Part shown: positions 32,667-45,900 of the stretch, piece after piece
Layout: every line of letters starts with the position of its first letter
Position numbering within the stretch: position 1 is the stretch's first letter
Assembly (NCBI GenBank): GCA_965240325.2
Contig: OZ251229.1
Coordinates: 1-64,000 of the forward strand
Source of the DNA: Rebecca billardiae RCC1528
Lineage: Eukaryota > Protista > Haptophyta
Direction: 5' to 3'
Length of the DNA stretch: 64,000 bases
Notes under the pieces: model-generated
The model's input: the letters and a program-made list of their open reading frames with translations, nothing else
The model's database searches: none
Told to the model about the DNA's origin: nothing
Position numbers and translations under genes: made by a program

Positions 32667-33792
32667 TCAGTCGGCGGCCGATCCGGCGCGCATGGTCGGG
32701 ATCTGCGAGGCGGCCTCGGTGGCCGCGTCCACCGCCGCCTCCGCCTCCGCCACCGCCGCGGCCGTCGCCGTCTCGGCAGCGGCGCGCACGTCGGCCGTGG
32801 CGTCGGCGACGGCCCCCGCGGCGGCGCCAGCCTTGGTGGGGGGCGGCGAGGGCGCGGGCTGCGGCCGCTTGCCCGCCGGCCGCCGGCTCTCGCCCGCGCG
32901 CGACGCCCACGGCGCGCGCGCCTGCAGCGTGCGCCACACGCCCTGCACGGTGCGCGCGCCCGTCGCCGCGTGCTGCAGGCCGAGGTGCAGAGCCGCCAGC
33001 CAGCCTGCGGGCACACACACACACACACACACGCGCGCGCGCACACGCGCGCACACGCAGGCGCGCACGGGGCGGCGCGCGTGAGGGGCGCGGTGCGCGG
33101 CGGCCCCGCGGTCCCGCGCGCGCGCGCGCACCGAGCGACGCGGTGAGCGGCAGCGCGGCCGAGAGCAGCGCGTGCCGCTGCGGCGGGTGCATGATCATCT
33201 CCTTCGCCAGCTCGATCAGCGCCTCGAGCACCCACACTGCAGACGCGCCCGCGGCGAGCCGGCCGAATTTGATCACGGCGGGGCCGAGCGCGGTGCCGGG
33301 GCACTGGTCGATGGAGCAGCCCGAGATCACGTCGGTGAAGACGCCTGCACGCGCGCGCGCCCGCGCACCCGCGCACCCGCGCCTCAGCGGGCCGCGCCCC
33401 CCAATGCGCGGCCACGTCTGCGCGCGCGCTCCAGCGCGCGCGCGTGCAGCGGTGCGCGCACCGAGCAGCAGGTTTGGGACGATGAACGCGACGAAGCAGA
33501 CGACGACGCCGACGGCGAGCCCTTTCCGCTGCCCGTACAGCGAGGTGGCGTGCACCACGTTGAGCATGATCCCCGTCAGCGCGAGCAGGTCGAAGGCGTT
33601 GGTGCTGAGCTGCGTGCCCGGCGCAGCGCCGTGGTCGTGTGCGTACGCGCCGGGGGGCAGCACGTTGGACTGCACGAGCATGTTGGCGAACTCGTTGGAG
33701 AAGGGGAGCAGCGCGCGCGTCGTGTCCCACCCCACGCCGGCGAACTCGGCCACCGCCGAGCGCGCCTCCGCGTGGCCGCGCAGCGGCGGCAT
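32667..33792 (-). CDS. Hypothetical multi-pass membrane protein (introns 33345-33461, 33005-33131)
   Basis: Phase-compatible GT-AG introns; hydrophobic helices AFDLLALTGIMLNVV, LAVGVVVCFVAFIVPNLLLG, LLSAALPLTASLGWLAAL. Confidence 0.7.
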
Positions 33793-34296
33793 GGTCAGGT
33801 CGGTCGGTGGGCTCGCTCGCCGAAGGGCAGGCCGCAGGCGGCCGTGAAAGCGGCTCGGGCGGCGGTTTCAAGGCCCCGCGCAGCACTGGCGGACAGGGCC
33901 GCCGCGGGGTGCTTGATGACGAAAGCAAGCTTCATCAAGCGGGAATTACTTTAGGGAAAACCCCGGAAGTCCGACGAGGACCGACCGAGCAACCAGAACT
34001 CCGACAAACCTCCGCATCTCAGCACGGCGATTTCCGGACTGGCACCCCCGCCAGTTTTCCGACGGCCAGAAGCTTCGGGAGCGAGCAAATGGCGCCGCTC
34101 GCCCGCAACGCGGAAGATACCGCTCGCGGCGAACCGGCGCGAACGCCCGCCTTGTATTCGGGCGGAGTACCCTAATGAGCGGGGGTGGGTACTTTCGTAT
34201 TGCGCGCAGCCTGACGCCCACCCGCGACGAAACGACGCCGTCGACTCCTCCCGCCCGGACCGCCGCCGGAACGTTGCTCGTCAATTAGTTAGAGAA

Positions 34297-37200
34297 ATGC
34301 GACGCCGGGGGGCGCGCCGCAAAACTTGCTCCCGAGCTCGCCACGAGGGACGATCGATGCCTCGCACGACGTTAAGGGGGTACGCCTGCCACGCGCGCGG
34401 GCGTCGTGCGCGCGCCGCGTGGTCGCGCGCGGCGCATCGCGCGCGCGTGTGTCTTCGTTCGCGCGCGCGGCGTGCGCTCGCGCATGTCGTCACGCCGTGC
34501 GTTCTGCGTCGTTGCGCGGCGTCGTGCCCGCGTGCCGCGCGCAGGCCGCCGCCGCCTGCGGGGACGACTCCGACTGCGACGAGCTTCGCGAACGGGGCTG
34601 CTGTGGACGTGGTGTACGAGCAGGGTGCACCGGCAGTCCGTGCTGTGGTCGCGGCGCTTGGGGTCGGCGCACACGGGCGAGTGCAGACGTACGTCCTCCG
34701 GGCTGCCGAGGGAGTGTCTGCTCATGCGTGGGCTGCGGTCCCTGGCGACACCGTCGGTGCGTCCGCGGATGGAACAGTCGAGGGCGCAGGCTCGTTGAAG
34801 AGGGTGCCAGCGGCGCACGTGCGTGCGCCGCCCGCCGGCGAGCAGTGCGCCGAGCAGGGGCAGGGCGCCGAGCAGGGCGCCGAGCAGGGCGCCCTGCTCG
34901 GCGCCCTGCTCGGCGCCGAGCCGGGCGCCGAGCAGGGCAAGCAGGCCGCCGAGCAGGGCGCCGAGCCGGGCGCCGAGCCGGGCGCCGAGCAGGGCGCCGA
35001 GCAGGGCGCCCAGCCGGGCGCCGGGCAGGGCGCCGGGCAGGGCAAGCAGGCCGCCGAGCAGGGCGCCGAGCCGGGCGCCGAGCAGGGCGCCGAGCAGGGC
35101 AAGCAGGGCGCCCAGCCGGGCGCCGGGCCGGGCGCCGAGCCGGGCGCCGAGCAGGGCAAGCAGGCCGCCGAGCAGGGCGCCGAGCCGGGCGCCGAGCAGG
35201 GCGCCGAGCAGGGCGCCCAGCCGGGCGCCGGGCAGGGCGCCGGGCCGGGCGCCGGGCCGGGCGCCGAGCAGGGCAAGCAGGGCGCCGAGCAGGGCGCCGA
35301 GCAGGGCGCCGAGCAGGGCGCCCAGCCGGGCGCCGGGCATGGCAAGCAGGCCGCCGAGCAGGGCACCGAGCCGGGCGCCGAGCAGGGCGCCGAGCAGGGC
35401 GCCCAGCCGGGCGCCGAGCAGGGCGCCGAGCAGGGCGCCGACGGCCGGCCGGCCCGCCACGGCAGCACGCGCGTGGGCGGCGGCAGCTACGCCGCCCAGG
35501 GCATCCAGCAGGAGGCTGCGGGGCAGCGCGGCGCGCAGGGGGCGGCTCACCACAACGGGCGCGGCGGCGTGCGGACGCGGGCCATGCGCCGCCAGCCGCC
35601 ACTTGCGCCACCCGCCGAAGCGCTGCCCGGCGTCACCTCGGCGCCGGCGCCGCCGTCGGCGCCGACGGCGGTCGCAGGCGTCACGGCGGCGCCGGCGGCG
35701 CCGCCTGCGGCCGCCGGCGGCCCCGCGACAAGCGACGAACGCGCCGAGCCGCCACGCGCACCCGTCGCAACGCTGGCGCCGGCGCCGCCGCCGCCGCCGG
35801 CGCCGACGGCGGTCGCCGGCGTCACGGCGGCGCCGGCGGCGCCGCCTTCGGCCGCCGGCGGCCCCGCGACAAGCGACGAACGCGCCGAGCCGCCACGCGC
35901 ACCCGTCGAAACGCTGGCGGGTGCCACCGGCGTCACCGCGGCGGCGCCGGCGCCGCCGCCTGCGGCCGCCGGCGGCCCCGCGACGCGCGCCGAACGCGCC
36001 GAGCCGCCACGCGCACCCGCCGAGGCGCCGGCGGCTGCCACCGGCGTCACCGCGGCGGCGCCGGCGCCGCCGGCGCCGGCTGCGGCCGCCGACGGCCCCG
36101 CGGGCGTCAACTCAGATGACGCCGGTGGTGCTGCCTCGGGCGAGGTGGCACGGGCGGCGACGGCGTCGACCGCGACGCGCGCCGAACGCGCCGAGCCGCC
36201 ACGCGCACCCGCCGAGGCGCGGGCGGCTGCCACCGGCGTCACCGCGGCGGCGCCGGCGCCGCCGGCGCCGGCTGCGGCCGCCGACGGCCCCGCGGGCGTC
36301 AACTCAGATGACTCCGGTGGTGCTGCCTCGGGCGAGGTGGCACGGGCGGCGACGGCGTCGATGGGTGGAGCGGCGGCTGGCGCAGCGGGGTCGCACTCCC
36401 ATGCACCACAGCAGGCGCCCGCCGCCGCGCAACCCGGCGGTGGCGGCCACGCTGACGACGGCGGCGGCGTCTACGGCAGCGGCGACGGCGGCTCACGCGA
36501 GCTGTTCGCGATGAGCGATGTCTTGCAGCACGTGGATCATTTCTTCAGCGGCATCTACGGGAAACGCCGGAGGTTCGGCGGAGACACGCCCGCCGCGCCG
36601 GCGCAGGCGCACGCGCACGTGCTGGTGCGCCCCAGCGCGGTGGCGGATGCGGACGCGCGGACGACGAAGCACGGGCCGCAACCGAACAACGGCCGATTGG
36701 TGCCGGCCATCCTCAGGTTCAACCGCGCGTTCGCGTCACGGCATCTCGGCGGCGGCGGCGGCACGGTCCGCGTGGTGAACGTGGTGTGCGATGCCACGAA
36801 CAACAAGCACTTCGGCGTGCTCACGGATGCCGACGCTGTGCGCGAGCTGTGCGCCTCGGGCGCCTTGTACACGCGCAGCGAGGTGGACGATGCGGTGCGC
36901 GAGTTCTACGCCGGCGCCGCCGCGAGCGTCGGCGGCTCTGTCTCTGAGCTCGCCCTGCGCGCAGCAGGCGAGCACTTCGGTGTGCACGGCCCGTTGCCCT
37001 ACGTCCTCGACGCGGACGTGCGAGTCGCCTTAGCGGACGCTGAGGCCGACGACGATGGCGTCGCAGGCGGCGACGCGCCCTGGGTTCACCGGGCGCTTGC
37101 GTTGCCCTCGATGCGGCGCTCGGGACAGGCGGTGTTCGGCCTCCCCGCCGTGGTTGCACAGGCGCCCTCCTGGTGCGCGCTTGTGCCCACGCCGCTGCGG

Positions 37201-39440
37201 GCGCCCGCTGAGCAGGGGACGTCGCCTTTGCTGCACGCCGCCGTGGCCGTGGTGGACTACCGGTCCGTGGACACCGACGACACCGACGAGTCGGAGCCCG
37301 TCGTCGGCGCGCACGCGTACGCCATCCGCTTCGAGAAGGGCTGGCGCCTCCTCACCTTCGCCACGCGGCCGCCCAGTGGTGCGGCGGGCGCGATGACGGC
37401 TGCGACGTGCACGGACCTCACGGTCGACGCCTTCGCCGCCGCCGTCAGCCGGCGTGAGGTTGCTGCGTGCGAGCTGCAGTCAGCGCCGCCGCGGGCCATT
37501 GCGCCCCCCGTCCAGCACGCCGCCCCCGCGCTCCACGACTCGCCGCCCAGCCCGGACGAGACGGACGCGTTGCCGCCCCGCCCGCGCCGGGACGTGGTCC
37601 CGACGTCCACGGACGTGCTCATGGGCGCCTCCGCGGTGTGCAGCGCGCTCGGCATCGGGCCATGCCATTGGGCGCCCGATGGCGACCCGCCCGGGCTCAT
37701 GACGAACGCCGCGGCCATCGCGGAGGCGGCGCTCACGTACGTGCAGTCGAACTACGACGTGATTGGGGGCACGGCGGCGTCGGCGGACCTGCTGCACACG
37801 CTCCACCAGATCATGGTCGCCGGCCGCCCGCAGCGCTCGTTTGACAGGCCTCTCCCCCGGCCGGGCGGTGGGACGCGCGTGCGCGTCGCAGGCGTCGTCG
37901 GCGAGCTGCCCGTCCATGAACAAGAGCTGATGCTCGCCTCGAAGCACACGTGCGTCGCGGCGGCCATCGCGTGCGCCTCGGCGCTCGTGCTGCGCGTCAA
38001 GGCGGCACACCTGCGATACGACGCCCTCGCCGACGTCAGCGTGGGCGATGGTGCGTCCTTCGAGGCGGCGGACTACCTCACCAAGGTGCGCATCGTCAGC
38101 GCACGGCTCGTCGCGCCCGAGCGGAAGAAGCGGCTCACCTTCGAGCTCCTCGCCGTCTCCGAGGATAACGCCGGTGCTTACGACCGCGTGCTCAACGCCG
38201 ACACGAGCTCGCGGGCACTCCACCGGGACGAGGTGCTCGAGTTCACCTACGTGCCTTCGAAGACGCGCTCGTGGAAGTCGACGGAGGCGCTGTCAACGCA
38301 CAGCCGCGCGGCGGCCGGCGACGACGCCGACGCCGGCAACTTCGGCACGCTGTTCTTCGTCCCGCACATGCGCGACCCCGTGAAGGCAGCCGCCCTGGCG
38401 CGCCCGCCGCCTGCCGGGACGCCACCTGCCGCGCCGCCCGTGGGTGCGATTGTGGACTTTCGCCCCTTGTGCATCAGCGTGTGGGCTGACATCGTCCCGT
38501 TCTGCCAGGATCGGCTCTGGACGCACCCGGCGGACCCAGTCACCGGCAAAAGCAGCGGCGTGGACGCGCCGAAGATGTACGCCGCCGCGCTCCACAGGCG
38601 CGCGCCCTCGCTGGCGCGGCACGTACAGGCGGCGCCAGCGCGCAAGCGTCGCCTGAACGAACGCGGCGCCGACGCGGGCGGCGCGGGCGGCGCCGCCGGT
38701 GGGCGTGTGGTGGCGCGCCGGCCGGTCGGCGACCCGGGCCGCGTCGCCGTCACACGGCCATCCGCCGTCGCGCGCGCACCCGGGCCACCCGAACAGGCGA
38801 CGCGCATGTGCACCGAGCTCGCTGCGGCCCACGCCCAGCTCGCTGAGATGGTGCACGGCATCCCCAACGCAATGGCACAAGCGATCGGACAACTCGCTGC
38901 GAACGACGCCAAGCGCCAGAAGGACTACGAGGCCTGGCGCGCGGCGGACGACGAGCGGCGCCGGCAGGAGCGCGCGGCGGACGAGGCCTGGCGCCAGCAG
39001 GAGCGCGCGGAGGCGGCGCGCCGACGCGACGAGGATCGCGCGGCCGCAATGAAACGTGACGAGATCGCGAGCGCGATGGTGGCGTCTATGCAGGCGTTGA
39101 CGCAGTTCATGATGGACCGCAGCGCAGGTGGCGCACAGCCCGGCCCGCACGCGTCGGCGCACGCGGCGTGCGTCCAGCTGCCAACAGGCGAAGCACCGCA
39201 CGGCGCGCACGCCCCGGCTGCGGGCCCGTCGGTGAGCGCTGCGTCCGCTGCGCCCACGTCGCGCGCACCCACGGCACGGCGTGGCGCGCCGCCGCCGGTC
39301 GCATTCGGCCAGCGCGCGCGGCGCCGAGTGCCGCCCCCTGACTCGCGTGTGCCCGCCAGGCCGCTGCACTGTCGCTCCGTGCGCCGGCCGCGCAGGCCGA
39401 CGAAGCCCCCGCGGGCCAGCCCCCGCCGGCCGCGCAGTAG
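34297..39440 (+). CDS. MULE second (accessory) gene, ~1,600 aa, unknown function; predicted introns 34380-34544 and 39232-39359 (unspliced ORF runs to 39996)
   Basis: 1899-codon ORF starting inside the left TIR; GAEQ repeat, Pro/Ala repeats, globular-looking core at ~36500-38600, basic ARKRR motif, C-terminal coiled coil. Confidence 0.7.
34849..35439 (+). repeat. Coding minisatellite, 12-bp ggcgccgagcag ([11 protein letters not shown])
   Basis: Direct reading; frame preserved throughout. Confidence 0.95.
35620..36362 (+). repeat. Coding internal duplications (~120-bp units and a 192-bp unit)
   Basis: ERAEPPRAP occurs four times; 35978-36169 is repeated at 36170-36361. Confidence 0.85.
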
Positions 39441-39992
39441 ACGCCGACCCACAAGGGCGCGTCCTGACGTGCCCACGCGCCGCCCACAGGTGCGCGCACA
39501 CACCACATCGGGCGGCGCCAGCCGTGCGCACGCCGAGCGGCGTGTACGCGCAGCCCTGGCTCAGTCGCGCCCGACCGCCCCCGTGCGCGCGCGCGCGTCG
39601 CGGTGGCGTGCACAGGCTGCGCGCCACCCGGGGCGGCCACGCGGGTGGCCGCCACCGCTGGCAGCATCTGGCCACGAGCTCGGCACCCGGGGTGCCGGCG
39701 GAGTGGCTCGTCGGAATCGCCGTGGCCTGAGCCCGGTTCTCCGAGCACACGGCCACAGGCACCCCCCCGGCCAGCGCCTCTGCGCCACTCGCAGTGACGG
39801 CGCCACAAGGGCCTACGGCGGGGCCCGCCGAGAAGGTCTTAGCGCAGGTCTTAGCGGGATGCAAGCAGCGCCACGCGCGACAACACTGATACACGCCGCC
39901 GGGGGCCCACACTGTGCCGGCCCGTGCTATGTCGTCGTCAGCTCGGACGCAGGCCGGCCGGCCGGTGCCGTGAGTCGGCGCCTGTCGTTCTG

Positions 39993-42900
39993 TTAGCTGG
40001 CACCTGGCGTGCTCAGGCGGCGTGGTGCGCACTCAACGTACCCCTGCAAGGGTGATGTAGCTCGCATGAAGTGCGCCAGACGCCCCTCGTTGTTGTCGCG
40101 CGCCGAACGCGCCTCCAGGGGCGCCGTCGCCGACACCACCGCGCCGAAGTGGCAACGGCCGTCGTACACCACGGCCATCCACGTCGTGCCCAACTGCGTG
40201 ACGTCCAGACGCTGCAAGGCGCGCCGCGTGCGCTCGTCACGCAGGCGCAGGTGCGCATGCGTGCTCACGGCGACGCTGCCCTTGCGCCCGCCGTCGTCAG
40301 TCCGCCGCCAGCGAAGGCCCGGCCGCGTCTGCACGGGGTAGAACCAGACGTTGTCGGTGAACGCGCGCCACGCCGCCTCCTCCGGCGTAGCCCCGCCGCG
40401 CAGCTCAAGGACCACCAGCGGCAGGCCCGTGGCGCGCGCCGTCGCGACGTGCGAGCCCCACGCCGACCACGCACCAGCGCGCGCCGCATGCGCGCCAGCG
40501 CCGTCGCCCGTGTACCGGGCGCCGCGCGCGTACGCGCGCGCCGCTGCTCCCAGCGTCCGCACGCCTCCAGTATGTCGCAGTGGCAGTGGCAGCACCTCCT
40601 GCCAGTCCTCGTCCTGCACTTCGAGTCCTTGGCCGGTGCGGGCCCGGGGGATGGATGCTGGCTTGACGCCAAGCATGCCGAGCGCGCTTGCCGCCGACGC
40701 CGTGGCCGACGCCGTGCCGAGCGTCTCGCCCGGTCCGTGCTCGTCCTCCCACGACGCGATGTACGAGCACACGCCGTCGCGCAGCGTCTGCGCGCGCGCG
40801 TTGGCGGCGGGCAGGTCGGCCCGCACGCCACGCGTGTCGTGCGCGAGCCACGCGTGAAAGTAGCAGTCGCCATCGCCGGGAACGTCCTGCACGCTCGTGC
40901 CGCCGCCGAAGAGCTCGCGGATGGCCGCGGCGACGTTGCCGTCGCCATCCACGCCGCCGGGTGCTCCGGTCTGTGCACCAGCCCGCGCCTCGGGCGGCAA
41001 CGCCGGCGGCAGGGGCAGCACGGGGAAGCCCAGGCGCTCGAGCAGGACCGCGGCGTCGTCCACCGGCGCGTGCACGTGTGCGGCGGCCGCCGGAGCCACC
41101 GCAGCCGGCGCAGCCCCGTGCCCGGCGGGCGCCGGCGCCGCCGCACCCGCGTCCACGGTGGCGTCCGTCGCCGCCGCGGCGCGCGGCGCGGCTGCGCCGC
41201 GTGGCGCGGCATCACCCGCCGTCACGTCAGCGCGGCATCGCTCCGCCGTCACGTCAGCGGCGGTCTCGCCCAAGGCCAGGCGCAGCCCCAAGCCCACGTC
41301 GCACCGCCATGCCCCGTCGGAGCCGTCGAGAGGGACCACCTCGGTGCCGAACGCGCTCGGGTCCAGCGCATCCACCTCGCACCCGCGCCGCCTGGACGCC
41401 AGCCTCACGTGCGCGTCCGCAGCCGGCTGGAACGCACTCCAGCGCGACGCCGGCAACACCCCGTGCGCGCGCGGGGTGGCCTGCGGCGCAACCACTGCGT
41501 AGAACTGCCGGCGAGGACACACGTTGCGCACGATGGCCACCCAGCCGGTGCCCATCGCCCCGACGTCGAGCGTGCGCAGGACGCGTGCGTGCGTCTCGCG
41601 TCCCAGGCTCAGGCGCGCTTCGCACAGCGGACGTGCGTCCGCGTGCGCGGCGCCTGCGTCGGGCGTGTCGGCGCGCCGGCGCTTCGCGCCGGCGCCCCCG
41701 CGAGCGCGTGGCGCCGCCGGCGCCGGCGGCACGCGCACTGCCGTCGGAGGATACCACCGCACGTGCTCACGCATGGCGACGCCGTGCACGTCGCGAGCTC
41801 GGCGTGCGTAGGCCATGTCGAAGACGAGGAGGTGCACGCCGGCGGCGCGAGCGACTGCCGCGTACCACTCAGGGCCATCGCACGTGTTGCCCGGGCTGCT
41901 GACGTACCCGTCGCACGTGTACTCCGCCGCTCGCACTGCCAGCGTCACTGCGTCGTCCAGATCGCGCACGCCCTGGCCGGGGGTGTGCCACGACGACGAG
42001 TCGTCGGGGGCCACCATGCGCAGAGCCCGCAAACGCGCCTGCCCAGCTTCGTCGCCACCTGCGCTCTCCGGGGGAAGTGCGCGCACGTCAGCGCCGCACA
42101 AGCCGATGAAGCGCGCCTGCGCTCGCAGGTCCTCTGCCGACTCGGCCGGGCCCAGCGCGCCACCCCAGCCGACGGAGTGCTCGGTGGGCGTGGCATGCGC
42201 GTGCGCGGCCAGCCACGACGCGGCCGCCGCGCGCAGGCGCCGCGCGCAGCACGCCCACCACAGGGCCTCAAGCGTGCTGGGCGGACGCGCCCGCGCGTGC
42301 GCGTGCGCGAGCACCGCGTGCAGCACGTCGTCACCGTCGGCTGGCACGGGCAACGGCTGTGCGGCGCCCGCGCCCCAGAGGTCGTCGAGCACTGCCTGGG
42401 CGCAGCAGAGCCGTAATCGGGCGAATTCGGCGTCGTGGTCGTCTGCGCCGGCGGCGGCGTCGGCGGCGTGGAACAGGCGCACCGGCGCGTGGCGGTCATC
42501 GCCCGCGGCGCGCGCTCCAGCGTCGCGCACCGGCAGACCAGTGCGCGCCAAGTGGGCGACCGCGTCGTCCGCGGTGGCGACGGCTGTGTCGTCCGCGGCA
42601 CCAGACGTGCCACGCGCCGTCCCCAGCAGGTCGGCGCCTGCGCGCGTTGGGCCCGGCGTCGGCACCGACCGCGCCGCCGACGATGGCCCCGCCGTGGACG
42701 CGCGGGCGCCCGCCGCCTGGCGCGAAGCCGGCGGCAGGCGCCCATCCGCGGCCGCACCGCCCGCGTCGTCGGCGGCGGCCGCAGTCCGAGGGCGCTTGGG
42801 CGCGCACGGCGCAGACGCGGCCCCCGCGCCCGCGCGGGAGGTGCCAGCCGCGGCGCCCGCCTGGCCTGCGGCGCCTGCGCCCGCGCCGCCGCCGCCAGCC

Positions 42901-45900
42901 AGGACGTCCGCCAGGCCCGCCGCCGCCGCCGCGACGTCGTGTGCGCCTGCGTGCGCCCACACGTGGGAGGCCGCGTTCGGAGCGGCGCCGCCCGAGCCCC
43001 TCGCGCCGCCACTGCCCTCGGCGGGCACGGCGGGCGACGCGTGCGCGCGCGCCAGCTCGGCGGGGGCGGCGGCGGCGCGCGCAAACTGTGCCAGCACCTT
43101 GCCCGTCGTCGCGCTGGACGCGCCGAATGCGTCACCGGCCGTCTCGCTGAGCGTGGGCCACGGTGCTGACAGGCCGCGACTGCACATGAACATGGCTGCC
43201 CTGCCCCGACCGATGCCAGGTATGCGCCGCAACGCCGCGAGCACTGCGGCGCTGTCGTCAGCGAGGCGCGCGTACGCCGACTCGGACTCCGCCGCCTCCG
43301 CCGGTGGCTCTGCCGCGCCCGCGCGCGCCCGAGGGACTCGCGCACCCGGTGGCGGTGGCGCGTGGGCGCCGGGCCACGGGGGGCGGAAGGGATGCTCAGT
43401 CGCCGCCAGCGGTACTGTGTCGCCCGTGGCCGGCAGCGGCTCCGCGGCGTGCGCGCGCGCGCGCGCGGCGGGCGTCGTGCCGGCGTCCGCGCCACTGCGC
43501 GGGCCCGTCGTGCCCTCAGGCGGTGCGGCCGGCCGCTGCGTGGCGGCGTTTGGCATCGGTGCCGTCGCGAAGCCCATGCGTACGCCGGTGCCGCCAAGTG
43601 CCTGCGAGGCGATCGCGCGCGCGCAGTGCCGGCGCGGGCCGCCGCGCGCGCCCGCGCCCGCCGCGGCGGCGCCGTCGCGCGTCTGGGCGGCCGCCGGCTG
43701 CGCGCGCCCGGGCGCGGGCGCCGCCGCGCCGCGGCCCCCGCGGCCGCCTGCGCGGCCCCCGCGCGCGCCTGCGGTGCGCGCGGGGTCGCCGCGCGCGGCC
43801 CCACCGCCGTGCTGTCCGCGCATACGGTGGTATGGCACGTCCTCCGGCCTCGCGCCGCGCGGCCCGTCGGGCGCCGCCGCCTCGCCCGCCGCGGCTGCGC
43901 GCGCTTCGCGCAGGCGCTTCCACGCCCCCGCGACGAGCAGGAAGTAGCAGCACGTGCACATGTACAGCCCGCTGTCCAGCGCGCCGAGGTGCCACACATA
44001 CTTGCACTGCGCGGGCGAGTGGATGAAGCAGGCGCAGCCCTGGCACGCCAGTCGGGGGTCGATCGGCGGCGAGTCCGCCGGCCACGCCGCGCTGAGGTCC
44101 GCGGCCTCGGGGTCGAAACACGCGCAGCAGCGCAGTTGCGCGGCGGCGGTCGTGCCGGCCGTGTACGTGGCAAAGTGGCGACGTCGCTGGTTCGCAACCA
44201 CACCCTCGCGGAGCGGGCCGGCCACGCGCACGAGCACGTTAGTGTCGTCGAGCACGTGCGTGTGCGCGATGCCGTACAGGTGCTCCGGCAGCCCCTCGAG
44301 CACACGCGCGAGCTCGTCGCGGTGCGCTTCGCGCACGCGCCGGGCGAAGTCGCCGTCCGGGGCTTGCTCCCTCAAGGGGCGCACGTACGACGCCGCGGAT
44401 TTGCCCAACTGCACGCGCGGCGCGCGCGCGCGCGGTGCGCGCGGGTGGCGCGCCCCGGCGCGGCCCTCCCAGAACGCCAGCCGTCGCGCCGAGGACGCGG
44501 GCCTGCCCACGCGCGCGGGCACCGCTGGCATGGCCACGTACTTTTCGAGCAGGGCGCGCTTGGCGAGAGCGGGCAGCAGCAGAGCCGCAATGGCGTCCTC
44601 CAGGCGCTGGGGCGGTGTGATGACGTCGAGCTTGGTGATGGCCACGACGCGCCCGAGCGTGTCCACCCGGGTGTCGTGTGCGTCGCGCTCGACCCGAAGG
44701 CCCACCTGCGCGAACCACGTCTCGCAGCGCAGGTCCTGGGGCAAGCACGTGCCCATGGCACGGCCGACGGAGGTCGCCACGCGGCAGAAGTGCATGCACG
44801 GCAGGCGCTTGCGGCGCAGCAACGCGCAGCACCGGAACTCGTCGAGGTACACGTGGCGCGGCGCCGAGCCGTCCGTGGTGTTGAGCATGCGCAGGGCACC
44901 TGCGTGCGGCCCGTCGAGGACACGGTGCACTTCCACCTGAGAGAGCGTGCGCGCCGTGCTCACCTGCTGGCGCACGTATTCCAGGTGCCGTGGCGGCAAC
45001 CCGTGCACCTCATCATCGGCGTCGGGCTTCAGGGCGTGGCGCACGGCGACGCTGCGGTGCGTCGCGTAGAGGCGAAAGAGGTTGTCGTGCAGGTCGAGCA
45101 GCATCCACACCGGGCCCTGCGCCTTGCGCACCGGCAGCAGCCAGTGCATGAAGGACTCCGCCGGCGCGGACGTCACGTAGCCGCGCAGGGACACCGGCGC
45201 GAAGCACGGGAAGAGCTCCTCGCGGGGGATGACGTCGAGGATGCGCTTGGCCGACTCTGGCATCTCCACCCAGGCGGCCTCCCACACCTCCTCGGTCAAC
45301 GCGTCCACGCACGCGTCGAACACGCGCAGGATGGTGGGCACCTCGTTCGCCGAGTGTGCGTAGCCCGTGATGAAGGTCTGGCGCTTGTGGAACGTGCACA
45401 GGAAGAGGTGCCTGCGCGGGCACAGCAGCTTCCACGCGCCGCGCAGGCCCTTCTGGCCGTCCGAGATGGTGACGCCGTTGGGGTCGTCCCACACAGCCGC
45501 CCCGCCGAGGTGCTGCATGAGGTATCCGACGTGCGCGCACCACGAGTCCAGGCACTCCACGTCGACGATGTACGACACGCACAAGACGAACAGCTGCCGG
45601 TTGGCGTTCACGGCCAGCGTGACGAAGAGCATGCCTGCGTCGCGCGCGTGCGTGCGCGCGGGCAGGTCAGACGGGCGGGCGCTGAGGCGGCACGGACGCA
45701 CGCGGCGTCGCGAGGGCGTGCCCGGGTGCGGCGGGCGCGCGCACCCGCGCGCTTCGCGCCACCGCTGGCGGGGCGGTGCAGGAAGCACGCGTCGCTGAAC
45801 GCGGCCGTGTTGCCCTTCGCGTGAAAGTGCTCGCGGTAAAGCGCCTTGGCCTGCTTGGGCACGTAGTGGAAGCCACCCACTGCCTTCTTGCCGCGCACGT

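Noticed and set aside
33951-33956. TTAGGG at the left MULE junction suggesting telomere targeting
   Set aside because: A single hexamer formed by the flank plus the GGG terminus; no counterpart at the right end.
39993-39996. 4-bp overlap of the stop codons of the two MULE ORFs
   Set aside because: The plus-strand gene more likely splices at 39232-39359 and ends at 39440, making the overlap coincidental.
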